A DNA stretch of 64,000 nt from an uncultured bacterium. Its GTDB lineage: Bacteria > Bdellovibrionota_C > UBA2361 > JANWWW01. Within the stretch, counting starts at the first letter, position 1. The number at the start of each line of letters is the position of its first letter. The translations under genes were made by a program, and so were the position numbers. Positions 53,454 to 63,455 of this stretch are shown one piece after another. The stretch lies in the NCBI GenBank assembly GCA_938038205.1, contig CALHSA010000001.1, forward strand, positions 211 to 64,210, in the 5' to 3' direction. The notes under the pieces were generated by a model. The model saw only the letters and a program-made list of their open reading frames with translations. It had not been told where the DNA came from and made no database searches.

Positions 53454-54419
53454 GTGATTGCATTAACAGGAGTCAGACCCACTGGTGAATTGCATCTTGG
53501 CAACTATTTTGGTGCTATTAAGCCTCTTCTAGATTTACAGGAAAAATACGTGATATTTTTGTTTGTAGCGGATCTTCACTCTCTTACCACATCCTGTGAT
53601 ATAGATACAATAAAAGGTAATAGCCAAAAATTATTAGCCGCTTTTAGAGCCTTAGGATTTGATCCACAAAAAACTATAATTTGGGTCCAATCCGAAATTC
53701 CAGAAGTCTGTGAGTTAATGTATATATTATCTGCTCTTACTGGTTTTCAGTACTTGCATAAAGGTCATGCATTTAAAACAGCTTGTTTAGAAAATAAGAA
53801 CCCAACTGTTGCACTTTTTCTTTATCCGGTACTTATGGCAGCAGATATATTAGCTTTTCAAGCAGATTTAGTTCCTGTTGGAGTTGACCAAAAACAACAT
53901 CTAGAGATTTGCAGAGATTTAGCTGAGAAGCTCAGAAATATGTTTGGAGTAGAAACAAAAATCCCAGAGCCTTTGATTATGGAATCAACCTGCGCAGTAC
54001 CTGGCGTGGATGGAAGAAAAATGTCTAAGAGCTACAAGAATACACTACCAATTTTTGCAAGTGTTGATGAGATAGTTTCTATAGTTAGGCAAGTTAAAAC
54101 TGACTCAACTCCTTTGGGGAGTCCACTAAATCTTGAGAACTCCGTGCTTGGTTCATATATCAAGCTTTTGTCCAAACCAGAAGATTATGAAAAAATCAAA
54201 AAGGAAGCTTTAGCTGGTAATTATGGTTGGGGCAAAATTAAAGAGTTTGTAATTGAGCTTTTTTTATCGAAGTTCTCATACGCGAGAGAAAAATACGTTG
54301 AATTATTATCAGATCCTGCTGAGCTTTGGAATCAGGCAACTGAAGGAGCTAAAATTGCAAAAGAGAGAGCTAGAGACTTTTTGGGTTCGATTCTAAAAAG
54401 ACTAAACTCGCATGTTTAG
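53454..54419 (+). CDS. trpS: Tryptophan--tRNA ligase
   Basis: GVRPTGELHLGNYFGA (HIGH-type), the GVDQKQHLE segment, and a KMSKS loop (RKMSKS). GTG start. Confidence 0.95.
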   Translation: MIALTGVRPTGELHLGNYFGAIKPLLDLQEKYVIFLFVADLHSLTTSCDIDTIKGNSQKLLAAFRALGFDPQKTIIWVQSEIPEVCELMYILSALTGFQYLHKGHAFKTACLENKNPTVALFLYPVLMAADILAFQADLVPVGVDQKQHLEICRDLAEKLRNMFGVETKIPEPLIMESTCAVPGVDGRKMSKSYKNTLPIFASVDEIVSIVRQVKTDSTPLGSPLNLENSVLGSYIKLLSKPEDYEKIKKEALAGNYGWGKIKEFVIELFLSKFSYAREKYVELLSDPAELWNQATEGAKIAKERARDFLGSILKRLNSHV

Positions 54420-56184
54420 AAAGTTAAGGAATTTGCTGATTTTTAGTGCAGAATCAACTGTTAAATATAAATTTCAAGCTATTAGTTTTGTTTTGATTTT
54501 TTTAGTGGCTTACACTTTGGATCTTTTGGCCCCCTGGTTTTTGGGCTACATACTCCAGCATATAGCTAACACTCAGCTTGACTCCGATTCAATAAAGTAT
54601 ATTTTTACTCTTTTATTATGGTATGTGCTTGTAAGGGTGACTGTTGTAAGTCTTCATCATTTTGCAAGGATAATACAAATACGTACAGGATTTGAGTCTA
54701 AATTAGAATCCTTGAAAACACTTTTGATGGCATGTTTATCGTATCCCCTGAAATGGCATTTAAAAAGACACTCGGGCGAGAATCTAAACAGAATTCACAG
54801 AGCTTCAGCTGCTGTAGAAGCGGTAATCTCAACTTATATATGGCAGATAATTGATGGTCTAGTTAAAGTTATTTTTGCTATTGCAGCTATAGCATACTTG
54901 AATTTCAAAGTGGTTGTAATAGTCGTGCTAACGAGCACTGTTTCCGTTTACTTCATGCTAGTTTTTAACCGTAAATTGTTAGAGTACGTAAGAGCCATGA
55001 ATTTTTTCTGGGATCGATTGAACAAATATTTAGTTGATACGTTAACAAACATCGTGACAGTCAAAATGCTCTCTATTGAGAACGCCTTGAATGATAGGTT
55101 AGCCAAACTCCATCCTCAAGGTTCTAACATTTTTAAAAAGTTGCCAAAGTACATGGAATTTAAATGGGGCTCTGTGGGAATAGGTTTTGCTATCATGACG
55201 GGTCTTGCTATCATGGTTTACATACTTGATTTCAAATCTCGAGGGGAGTCAGTTGATATAGCAAAAATTTATGTCTTACTTGATTACCTTAATAGGATAA
55301 ATCAAGCTATAGCGTCATTTACCGGATATTACGGAGGATTACTTGAAAGCGCTACCAATTTTGAAGAAGGTTATGAGATCTTAACAGGTACACCTAAATA
55401 TGAGCAAAAGAATTTAACAAATGGTGAGCTATTTAGATGGAATAAAATAACCATAAAACATCTTTTGTTTAGATATACCTTAAGTGATTTATCTGGGATT
55501 GAGTGTTCTGATTTAACGATTTTAAATGGGGATAAAATTGCAGTAGTGGGATCAAGTGGAAGTGGCAAATCCACGTTAATGAAATGCCTTGCTGGATTGG
55601 TTGAACCTCAAAAATTTGAGATATACTCAGATGGGCATGAAATCTCACCAATATACTTACAGAGTCAAACTATTTTAATACCACAAGAGCCTGAGTTGTT
55701 TGCCGATACTATCAGATTCAACCTAGAATTCAATAGAGACATACCCGAAAGTACGGTATTACAGGCTCTTAGAATAGCTGAGATTGATGAGCTGATTAAC
55801 AGGTTGCCACAAGGTTTGGAAACCGATCTTGGACATCAGGGATTATCGATATCGGTTGGAGAAAAGCAAAGGCTTGCTCTTGCTCGAGGGCTTATCATGG
55901 CTCATGATTATGAAATTATTCTTTTAGATGAGCCTACCTCAAGTGTTGATGCCATAACTGAGAGGCTAATTTTTTCTAAAATACTCTCATTTTTTGCTGC
56001 AAAAACCATATTTTGTACAATTCATCGACTTAGCATGGTTAGTATCTTTGATAAAATTATAGTGGTGAAGGATGGCAAAGTGATTGAATTTGGATCTTTT
56101 GATGATCTAGTAGCACTGAGAGGTCAATTTTTTAGGCTTTGGAGTGAGTTCATAAACTCTGATCCTCAAGTTATTGTTTCTTAA
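54412..56184 (+). CDS. ABC transporter, fused permease/ATP-binding protein (type I exporter, MsbA/multidrug-like)
   Basis: Six-TM N-terminal domain. Walker A GSSGSGKST, degenerate signature LSVGEKQR, Walker B ILLDEPTSSVD. Confidence 0.85.
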   Translation: MFRKLRNLLIFSAESTVKYKFQAISFVLIFLVAYTLDLLAPWFLGYILQHIANTQLDSDSIKYIFTLLLWYVLVRVTVVSLHHFARIIQIRTGFESKLESLKTLLMACLSYPLKWHLKRHSGENLNRIHRASAAVEAVISTYIWQIIDGLVKVIFAIAAIAYLNFKVVVIVVLTSTVSVYFMLVFNRKLLEYVRAMNFFWDRLNKYLVDTLTNIVTVKMLSIENALNDRLAKLHPQGSNIFKKLPKYMEFKWGSVGIGFAIMTGLAIMVYILDFKSRGESVDIAKIYVLLDYLNRINQAIASFTGYYGGLLESATNFEEGYEILTGTPKYEQKNLTNGELFRWNKITIKHLLFRYTLSDLSGIECSDLTILNGDKIAVVGSSGSGKSTLMKCLAGLVEPQKFEIYSDGHEISPIYLQSQTILIPQEPELFADTIRFNLEFNRDIPESTVLQALRIAEIDELINRLPQGLETDLGHQGLSISVGEKQRLALARGLIMAHDYEIILLDEPTSSVDAITERLIFSKILSFFAAKTIFCTIHRLSMVSIFDKIIVVKDGKVIEFGSFDDLVALRGQFFRLWSEFINSDPQVIVS

Positions 56185-57536
56185 ACAAAATTTAATCCAT
56201 ATTTTTTCAGTTTCTGAATCAATGTTACCCTTGAGATACCTAATAATCTTGCCGCTTTTGATTTATTACCTTTGGAAGCTTGTAAAGCCTCTTGAAATAA
56301 TGATTTCTCAATTAATGAGATTCTTCCTTCCAGGTTAAATTCCCCTGTAAAATCTGTTTGCTCTTCTTTTTGAAGAACAAAATCAATTAAATCTGATGTT
56401 GATGTAAGATAAAATCTGTAAATAGTGTTCTCCAATTCCCTTATATTGCCGGGCCAACTGTAATTTATCAAGGAGTTTAGGCACCTTTGAGAGAAACTTT
56501 TTGGACCTAAATTAAATCTAGCTTCTGCTAATTTCAAGAAATGATTAGCAAGTTTTATAATATCCCCACTGCGTTCTCTCAAAGGCGGTAATGTACAAGT
56601 GACTAAATTTATCCTGTAAAATAAATCCTCCCTAAAGGAACCATCCTTAACCGCGTTGAATAGATTTTTACAGGTAGCTGACACTAAACGAAAGTCAATT
56701 GGGGTTTCTTTTAAACCACCTACGCGTCGAACTTTTTTATCTTGTAGTACTCTTAAAAGTTTAGGTTGTAGATCTAAAGGCATTTCACCTATCTCATCAA
56801 GAAACAAGGTTCCTTGATCAGCCATCTCAATTAAACCTGGTTTTGAGCTTGTTGCTCCAGAAAAAGAACCTTTCTCATATCCAAAAAGCTCAGCTTCAAT
56901 TAAATCTTTTGGAAGTGCTGATATATTTACAGATACGAACTCTCCTTTTCGTGAGCTCCACTCATGAATTTTTCTAGCTACAACATCTTTACCCACCCCC
57001 GTTTCTCCAAGGAGTAAAACGGGAGCATCAGTCTGGGAAACTCTTTTACAAATTTCCAGCGCCTCTAAAAATTTTGGGGAATCCCCAATTAAGAAATCGC
57101 AAAACGTTAGTTTTTTTAATCTTTCTGTTTCGTTTGCTAACTTGTCTGCGTAGAAGTACAAGTCTCTTAACCTTTTTGCCGCTTTAATTCTTGCAAGTAT
57201 TTCTTCAGGAGTTACAGACTTATGAACAAAATCATCGATTCCTAGATCAAAAAGTTTAACAATAATGCTAACATCATCAACGCTTGATATTAGAATGAGC
57301 GGGGTATACTTGTTTGTACTAGATTGCCTTGTAAGTTGTATAAAACTTTCTGGGGTTTCATCCAAAACCCGATAGTCGCACAGGATTAGATCGAATTTTT
57401 GGTCTATTACATGCTTTTTACCTTCATCAATTGATGAGCAGATTAGAATATCGTATTGATAACTTAAAGCCTTTTTTAAAAAATTAGCAAAATCCTCGTC
57501 ATCTTCAACGATTAAACAACTATTTTTCATTTTCAA
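56181..57536 (-). CDS. Sigma-54-dependent response regulator (NtrC family enhancer-binding protein)
   Basis: Receiver domain (LIVEDDEDF...LILCDY). AAA+ domain with GETGVGKDVVARKIH, ELFGYEKGSFSGA (GAFTGA variant) and FLDEIGEM. C-terminal Fis-type HTH KSKAARLLGISRVTLIQKLKKYGL. Confidence 0.9.
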   Translation of the reverse strand: MKMKNSCLIVEDDEDFANFLKKALSYQYDILICSSIDEGKKHVIDQKFDLILCDYRVLDETPESFIQLTRQSSTNKYTPLILISSVDDVSIIVKLFDLGIDDFVHKSVTPEEILARIKAAKRLRDLYFYADKLANETERLKKLTFCDFLIGDSPKFLEALEICKRVSQTDAPVLLLGETGVGKDVVARKIHEWSSRKGEFVSVNISALPKDLIEAELFGYEKGSFSGATSSKPGLIEMADQGTLFLDEIGEMPLDLQPKLLRVLQDKKVRRVGGLKETPIDFRLVSATCKNLFNAVKDGSFREDLFYRINLVTCTLPPLRERSGDIIKLANHFLKLAEARFNLGPKSFSQRCLNSLINYSWPGNIRELENTIYRFYLTSTSDLIDFVLQKEEQTDFTGEFNLEGRISLIEKSLFQEALQASKGNKSKAARLLGISRVTLIQKLKKYGLNFV

Positions 57537-57714
57537 TCAACGATTCTATCTCAGATAAACTTAACTCTGGACTTACTATTAAATATTTACGATTATCTTT
57601 CTCAAAAAAACCGTATTGTGAGCTCCAAACTCTGCCTGAGGAGATTCTTTCCCTTCGGAGATATATTCCTCTTTCAAGCAGTTTCTTTCTTAATTTAGAG
57701 AGACGCTTTCTCAC
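57520..57714 (-). CDS. Hypothetical small basic protein
   Basis: 64-aa ORF whose stop overlaps the response-regulator start. No motif; coding status is uncertain. Confidence 0.3.
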   Translation of the reverse strand: MRKRLSKLRKKLLERGIYLRRERISSGRVWSSQYGFFEKDNRKYLIVSPELSLSEIESLIENEK

Positions 57715-57791
57715 GTAAAAAATTATATCAGAGTAACTTTCTTGGTCTAAGTTTGAAAAATTTGTATCTAATTTGTTAAACTAGTCGTTCA

Positions 57792-58259
57792 ATGGGCAAG
57801 GACCTAACAAAAATAAAAAAACTTGTTCAGCCCTACTCAGAGGCTGCAAAGGGGTTCTTGCCAAAACTTAAAGTCGGTGCAAGGGTTAGAGTTAACTATT
57901 TGATAACCGAAGGTAATAAAAAAAGGATTCAAGTTTTCGAAGGGATAGTTATTTCAATAAAAAAACCAGGTAATCCGGATGGAACGTTTACTGTTAGAAA
58001 GGTATCATTTGGTGTTGGTATAGAGAGAACGTATCCAATAAACAGCCCGAACATTTCAAAAGTTGAGATTGTTTCATATGCTAAGGTTAGAAGATCAAAG
58101 CTTTACTACTTAAGAAACGCTGTCTCTAAGAAAGACTCAAGGTTAAAAACAAAATTTGTGACTTCAGGTGAGGATGTTAAGGGAGTGGTTGATCAGTCTT
58201 TTTTTGATGGTTTCTCGAGTGCTGAAGAAGCCCAGACTGAAAACGTTGATTCAAACTAA
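57792..58259 (+). CDS. rplS: 50S ribosomal protein L19 (with acidic C-terminal extension)
   Basis: KVGARVRVNYLITEGNKKRIQVFEGIVISIKKPG...FTVRKVSFGVGIERTYPINSPNISKVEIV is the canonical L19 core. Confidence 0.9.
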   Translation: MGKDLTKIKKLVQPYSEAAKGFLPKLKVGARVRVNYLITEGNKKRIQVFEGIVISIKKPGNPDGTFTVRKVSFGVGIERTYPINSPNISKVEIVSYAKVRRSKLYYLRNAVSKKDSRLKTKFVTSGEDVKGVVDQSFFDGFSSAEEAQTENVDSN

Positions 58260-59893
58260 GATCGACTTGGTTTAGGCTTTGGAAGAATAAATGGCGGCTG
58301 GCTTGGTTCTTCGCTAGCTTGAAGTTCAATGTTTCTCAAAATAATCGCTGGAGATATTGTTGTAACTGGGATTGAACCAGATTCAGCTACACAAAAGCTG
58401 TTATCAACCTCTAATTTATCACCCACAGCTATTATCTGATTAAGGGATTGAAGTGGAGTTCCGACAAAAGATAAACCTCTGACAACCTCCTCGGACCCAT
58501 CTGGGTAAATCAGTTTACAATAAGAGATTTTTCCTGAGAAAGTTTGAGGATCATAGGAGCTTGTTTTAGTCTCTCCATCTAAGGCATCCTCTATAATTAC
58601 TCCGTACGGTTTATTCTGTCGTTTTATTTCTGAGATTAGAATTTTCTTTAAAGTGTCAAGACTATAATTTTTTTTTGAACGGATTATAAATACTCCCATT
58701 CTAGACATTGGTGGGTTTGCATCTGAGGATCTTGCATGACCGTTAGGTTTGAAATTTTTCTTGTAGCACTGAGATCTACTCGTCAAAAAATTCCTTAAAA
58801 TCCCATCCTCAATTAAAGTGACTGCTTGAGCTGGAATTCCTTGATCATCAAAGTCGTATGCTCCCCAGCATTTTTCCCCATTAAAACTTTTGAGAGTCGG
58901 ATCATCTTGAATTAAGAGATCTCCCGCAAGCACTCGTCTACCAAGCTGACCTTTAAAGGTTAACCCTTCTAATTTTTTTAGTAGTCTGTCACCTTCAAGC
59001 CGGTGCCCTAAAGTTTCATGAAATAATAACCCTGCGGGAATTGGATAAAGTAATGCCGGGCCTGAATAAGAGTAAATCTGCCTGCTAAGGGCTAATTCTT
59101 TAAGTTTTCTGTACTTTTCATTGATAAGCTTTTTAATGCCATTGAAATCAGGAATATCCGACTTAGATGATTTATTAATTACCAAGTTTTGAGATACAAC
59201 TTGGTTATCCCAACTTTGGCATTGAAGCTCAATCGAAATTGAGTATAGTGAGGATGGCTCAACTATTACTGACTTTTCAGTACTAACAAAGATTTTAGTC
59301 TCATGCTCTATAGTAACCGAAACTGAATCGTAAGTAATCTCAGGTAAATTTGAGATAAACTTGGAAAGCTTCTTTACTAATTTCTCCCAATAAGAAATGT
59401 CTTCTTCTTTACGTCTTGTAAACTTAGTAGATTTTATTGGCTTAGAGTTCCAGAAACTGATGTAGTTCTTAACGGGATTATCAGAGAAGATAGCCAAAGT
59501 TTGTTTCTCTTGAAAATCCCTCAAAGCCTCTCTATACCTAGCTTCAGTTAGTCGCCATAGGGTCGTTTCAAATGCGTAAATGTTATCATCTTCTAAAGGG
59601 AGATTTGTGTACTTAGAGGAAATTGATTCATCCTCAGATAAATCTTTTATCCAGTAGTTTTGATCATTTTTATAACTACCAACCCTGCAATCACAGTAAA
59701 CTACTCGTTTTCGTGTTTTATCTCTTTCAAAGATACTACCAGCAGAGGCTGTTAAAGAAATTCGGTCGATGTGCCTCATTAGAAAAGAAACGTAGTAAGG
59801 AGGGCTGAAACCTGGTAACCTCAGGTTTAAAGCTCTTTTTGCGCTTTTTTCAAGAACCTTGATGATATTCATTAACGCTTTTTTCCCAAGCAC
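58256..59893 (-). CDS. tldD: TldD/PmbA family metallopeptidase
   Basis: HETLGHRLEGD (the HExxxH of TldD). The C-terminal glycine-rich beta region is typical of the family (PNGHARS..., GSIPVTT). Confidence 0.8.
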   Translation of the reverse strand: MLGKKALMNIIKVLEKSAKRALNLRLPGFSPPYYVSFLMRHIDRISLTASAGSIFERDKTRKRVVYCDCRVGSYKNDQNYWIKDLSEDESISSKYTNLPLEDDNIYAFETTLWRLTEARYREALRDFQEKQTLAIFSDNPVKNYISFWNSKPIKSTKFTRRKEEDISYWEKLVKKLSKFISNLPEITYDSVSVTIEHETKIFVSTEKSVIVEPSSLYSISIELQCQSWDNQVVSQNLVINKSSKSDIPDFNGIKKLINEKYRKLKELALSRQIYSYSGPALLYPIPAGLLFHETLGHRLEGDRLLKKLEGLTFKGQLGRRVLAGDLLIQDDPTLKSFNGEKCWGAYDFDDQGIPAQAVTLIEDGILRNFLTSRSQCYKKNFKPNGHARSSDANPPMSRMGVFIIRSKKNYSLDTLKKILISEIKRQNKPYGVIIEDALDGETKTSSYDPQTFSGKISYCKLIYPDGSEEVVRGLSFVGTPLQSLNQIIAVGDKLEVDNSFCVAESGSIPVTTISPAIILRNIELQASEEPSQPPFILPKPKPSRS

Positions 59894-59939
59894 ACCTTGT
59901 AAGTTTATATTTTAAATTTTTTGAGACCGATAAAAAAAA

Positions 59940-62237
59940 CTATAGATCAGGACTTTCTAGATACTTCAAATCTGATATCTGGGGGACTTCATTTGAATCA
60001 TTTGAGCTTGGCTGAGATTTCTTTATACTCTCTAAGTCTTCAACTCTAACGTACCCCTCATAAGCTCCCGGTACTTGTTCATTTAAAATCTCTCCTGTAA
60101 TTGGATTAAAAAAAACTTTAACAACCCCTTCTGGAGGTAAAAAGGTTGAGGAGATGTTAAATACCCCTAACCCATCGGTTTTCTGTATTTTCTCGTAAAC
60201 ACTAACCATGAAATCTTTCCAAATTGGTGCGGCAACCTTACCTCCAGTCATTTTATCGCCAAGGGTTTTCTTTACATCAAATCCAACCCAAACTCCGGCT
60301 ACGAAGTCAGGAGTACAACCAACGAACCATGCGTCCATAAATTCGTTCGTTGTTCCAGTTTTTCCTGAAACCTCAACAGGGAAATCTCTTAAAATAGTTG
60401 CTGTCCCTCTTAGTATGACGTATTTCATCATTTGAGTCAGGATGAAACTTGCTCGAGGGTCAACAACTTGTTTTACGTTATCAATTAGGTTTTTATCGCT
60501 ATCATAAATTATATCGCCTTTTGAGTTTTTTACAGTTTTTACATATCGGGTTTTAGCTAACACCCCTTCAGAGCAAATAACTCCGTAAGCTCTGGTCAAC
60601 TCAAGAGGTGTAACATCTCCACTCCCCAGGGCTAAGGTTAGATTCCTCGGAAGCTTACTATCAATGCCTAGAGATCGGGCTGTTTGAATAATACTGGAGG
60701 GACCAATGCTAGCAGTTAAAATAACTGCCGGAAGATTTCTACTCTGCTCTAATGCCTTTGTTAAAGTCATTCTTCCTTTAAATTCTCCGTCGTAGTTACT
60801 GGGACTCCAGATTTGCCCCCCCACCCTAAATGTTCTAGGTGAGTCTGAGATCAAGGTCATTGGATGATATGAGAATTTATCAACCGCAGTTAAATAAACA
60901 ATGGGCTTAAAGGCTGATCCGGCTTGTCTAAAAGATTGTGTGGCTCTATTAAATTGAGATACTTTAAAACTAAAACCACCATGAAGAGCAAGAACCTCAC
61001 CTCCTTTTGGATTTAGTAGTATTCCAGTTGCTTGAATCTCTGGGGTTTGCTTAATTTTAAGTTCAGAGGGATCAAACTCAACGTACTCATTAACTTTGAT
61101 TTTGCTGATTATGGTATCATCCTTCCAATAATCAGAGAGCTGATCTGAAAATTTTATTAAATACCTATTATTACCCATGTGTAATTCAATACTCTGATTT
61201 CTGTAATCAATTTTGGTTATTTTGGCTAAAGGCCAGTGTGAACCCCTTGAATCATCAGGAATTGATCCTCTAAAACCATACTTTTTATCTAACGCCAATA
61301 AATGATTATTAACTGCTCTTTCAACCGCTCGCTGAAAATCAGAGATAAGAAAAGTTTCTACTGTTAAACCCTCAGCATCAATATCAAGCTCTGGGAAAAG
61401 TTCCTCAAGTTCCTTCCTAACCTCGGCTAAATAGTATGGAGCAAAGAAAAAATTACTTAAATCTGCTTTAAAAATCTCAAGTTTTGCTCTATAGGCTTCA
61501 TCTGCCTCTTGTTGGGATATAAAACCTCCCTTTACCATTTGGTCTAGGACGTATCTCTGGCGGGCTTTTGCAGATTTATAATTGCGTATTGGTGAGTATT
61601 TAGTAGGTGCCTGGGGTAGTCCAGCTAAAAGCGTAATCTCAGCTAAATTTAAATCAGAAAGACTTTTCCTGAAATAATTTTTAGCAGCTGCAGCAACGCC
61701 ATATGAATTATTTCCTAAAAAAACTAAATTCAAATAAAGTTCCAAAATCTGCTCTTTGGATAAATGCCTCTCTATTTGATATGCTAGTAGAGCTTCCTGA
61801 ATTTTTCTGACCAAACTTTTCTCCCTGGTTAGAAGTAAATTTTTTACCACTTGTTGTGTTATAGTGCTGCCACCCTGTTTTATTCTTCCTTCTTTAAGGT
61901 TTACAACTAAGGCTCGTATGATTCCAACATAATCAATACCTTTGTGAAGAAAAAAATTTAAATCTTCAGCTGCTATAAATGCCTTAACTACTAAAGGAGG
62001 GATATCCTTAAATTTTGTGTAATACCTTTTCTCTCGAAAAAACTCACCCATGATTAAACCATCTCTTGAGTAGACGGAGGTTAGAACAGGTAATACATCA
62101 CTTCCAAGGTTTGTAATTGTTGGCATATCTTTAACAACCGCATGGTAAAACCAGAAAAAAAACACTAAAGAGGGAAGTGAAAACAGAATTAATAAATCAA
62201 CCAGGAGGTTAAATATAAAAAAAGCTAACTTAAACAT
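59940..62237 (-). CDS. mrcA: Penicillin-binding protein 1A (bifunctional glycosyltransferase/transpeptidase)
   Basis: GT51 motifs EDLNFFLHKGID, GGSTITQQVVKN, RKIQE. Transpeptidase motifs SAFKP, SRN, KTGTT. N-terminal TM anchor. Confidence 0.9.
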   Translation of the reverse strand: MFKLAFFIFNLLVDLLILFSLPSLVFFFWFYHAVVKDMPTITNLGSDVLPVLTSVYSRDGLIMGEFFREKRYYTKFKDIPPLVVKAFIAAEDLNFFLHKGIDYVGIIRALVVNLKEGRIKQGGSTITQQVVKNLLLTREKSLVRKIQEALLAYQIERHLSKEQILELYLNLVFLGNNSYGVAAAAKNYFRKSLSDLNLAEITLLAGLPQAPTKYSPIRNYKSAKARQRYVLDQMVKGGFISQQEADEAYRAKLEIFKADLSNFFFAPYYLAEVRKELEELFPELDIDAEGLTVETFLISDFQRAVERAVNNHLLALDKKYGFRGSIPDDSRGSHWPLAKITKIDYRNQSIELHMGNNRYLIKFSDQLSDYWKDDTIISKIKVNEYVEFDPSELKIKQTPEIQATGILLNPKGGEVLALHGGFSFKVSQFNRATQSFRQAGSAFKPIVYLTAVDKFSYHPMTLISDSPRTFRVGGQIWSPSNYDGEFKGRMTLTKALEQSRNLPAVILTASIGPSSIIQTARSLGIDSKLPRNLTLALGSGDVTPLELTRAYGVICSEGVLAKTRYVKTVKNSKGDIIYDSDKNLIDNVKQVVDPRASFILTQMMKYVILRGTATILRDFPVEVSGKTGTTNEFMDAWFVGCTPDFVAGVWVGFDVKKTLGDKMTGGKVAAPIWKDFMVSVYEKIQKTDGLGVFNISSTFLPPEGVVKVFFNPITGEILNEQVPGAYEGYVRVEDLESIKKSQPSSNDSNEVPQISDLKYLESPDL

Positions 62238-62358
62238 TTAATGATTAGTACTAGCTGATTCTGATTTTACAACTTACAAAAAACTTTTTATATCGTTACA
62301 CCGTTTAAGTGTTCATTTGATAAAGGTGGTTTAGGTAAATTCTAATAAATTCTCAAAG

Positions 62359-62444
62359 TGCGGAGGGCGGGACTCGAACCCGCACGCTTGTCTCCAAGCC
62401 CAGGATTTTAAGTCCTGTATGTCTACCAGTTCCATCACCTCCGC
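62359..62444 (-). tRNA. tRNA-Leu (anticodon UAA), type II with long variable arm
   Basis: The reverse complement folds as acceptor GCGGAGG/CCTCCGC, anticodon stem CAGGA/TCCTG with loop CTTAAAA, a long variable arm, and T-arm GCGGG-TTCGAGT-CCCGC. No CCA is encoded. Confidence 0.9.
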
Positions 62445-62473
62445 TTAACTGTATAATTGTACCGAATGATAAC

Positions 62474-62986
62474 ATGTACCTTCAAACTTTCAAAAAACGA
62501 CTAGATTTAAATCTCAAATTTTCAGATCATTTCCCAACTGATTACGATTACGTCGTATACACTGATGGGGCTTGTTCAGGTAATCCTGGGCCAGGTGGGA
62601 TTGGAATTCTAATAATAAATAAAGAGGGAGAGGTATATGAAAATAGTAAGGCTTATGAAAATGCCACAAACAATCAAATGGAATTAGAGTCAGCTATTCA
62701 AGCACTAAAATCTTTGCCTTCAGGGGTAAGGGTTCTTCTTCGAACGGACTCAGAGTATATATCTAAGGCTTTCTCTCAGGGGTGGTTATTAAACTGGATC
62801 AAAAATAATTGGCGAAGCTCATCTCGTAAAGCGGTAAAAAATAAAGAATTGTGGCAGCAGCTGTTAGGTGAGGTGCAGAAAAGAGATGTTAGTGTGGAGT
62901 GGATAAAAGGACATGATAAGGATATGTTCAATAAAGAGGCAGACAGATTAGCTCGCTTGGCGATTAAAAATTTAAATATCAAATAA
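62474..62986 (+). CDS. rnhA: Ribonuclease HI
   Basis: YTDGACSGNPGPGG, NNQMELESAIQAL, TDSEYI, WIKGH...NKEADRLA: the DEDD catalytic-residue context of RNase H1. Confidence 0.9.
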   Translation: MYLQTFKKRLDLNLKFSDHFPTDYDYVVYTDGACSGNPGPGGIGILIINKEGEVYENSKAYENATNNQMELESAIQALKSLPSGVRVLLRTDSEYISKAFSQGWLLNWIKNNWRSSSRKAVKNKELWQQLLGEVQKRDVSVEWIKGHDKDMFNKEADRLARLAIKNLNIK

Positions 62987-63436
62987 GCTTTGAAAATTAT
63001 TCTTTCGTAAAGTTTCATACAGAGTTATCGCTACACAATTACTTAAGTTCAAGCTTCGTACTGTTCCTGGTTTTGTAGGAATTGTGAGAATTTTTACTCC
63101 ACTTTTTAACACGTTTTCATCTAATCCAGTTGTCTCTTTACCAAATATAAATACAGAATCCAATCCTAGATAAAGATCGAAAATACTTTTAGATCCTCCC
63201 GTTTCAATTGCATAATGAGGTTTAAAACTGTTCTTACTCCAATATTCAAACCAGTTTTCCCAAACCTGTACTTCCACCAGGTGCCAATAGTCTAGCCCGG
63301 CTCTTTTGACAGCTCTATCTGTTAATTCAAAGGGGAAAGGTTTAATTAAATGTAACTTTGATCCTGTTGCAGCGCAAGTTCTTGCAATAGCTCCTACGTT
63401 TTGGGGAATCAGCGGTTGATATAAAACAATCTCCAT
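62972..63436 (-). CDS. trmL: tRNA (cytidine/uridine-2'-O)-methyltransferase TrmL (SpoU/TrmH family)
   Basis: IVLYQPLIPQNVGAIARTCAATGSKLHLI..., FGKETTGL, and IPT...RSLNLSNCVAITLYE are typical YibK/TrmL motifs. Confidence 0.9.
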   Translation of the reverse strand: MEIVLYQPLIPQNVGAIARTCAATGSKLHLIKPFPFELTDRAVKRAGLDYWHLVEVQVWENWFEYWSKNSFKPHYAIETGGSKSIFDLYLGLDSVFIFGKETTGLDENVLKSGVKILTIPTKPGTVRSLNLSNCVAITLYETLRKNNFQSLFDI

Positions 63437-63455
63437 TTGTAAAATTCTCTCACAA

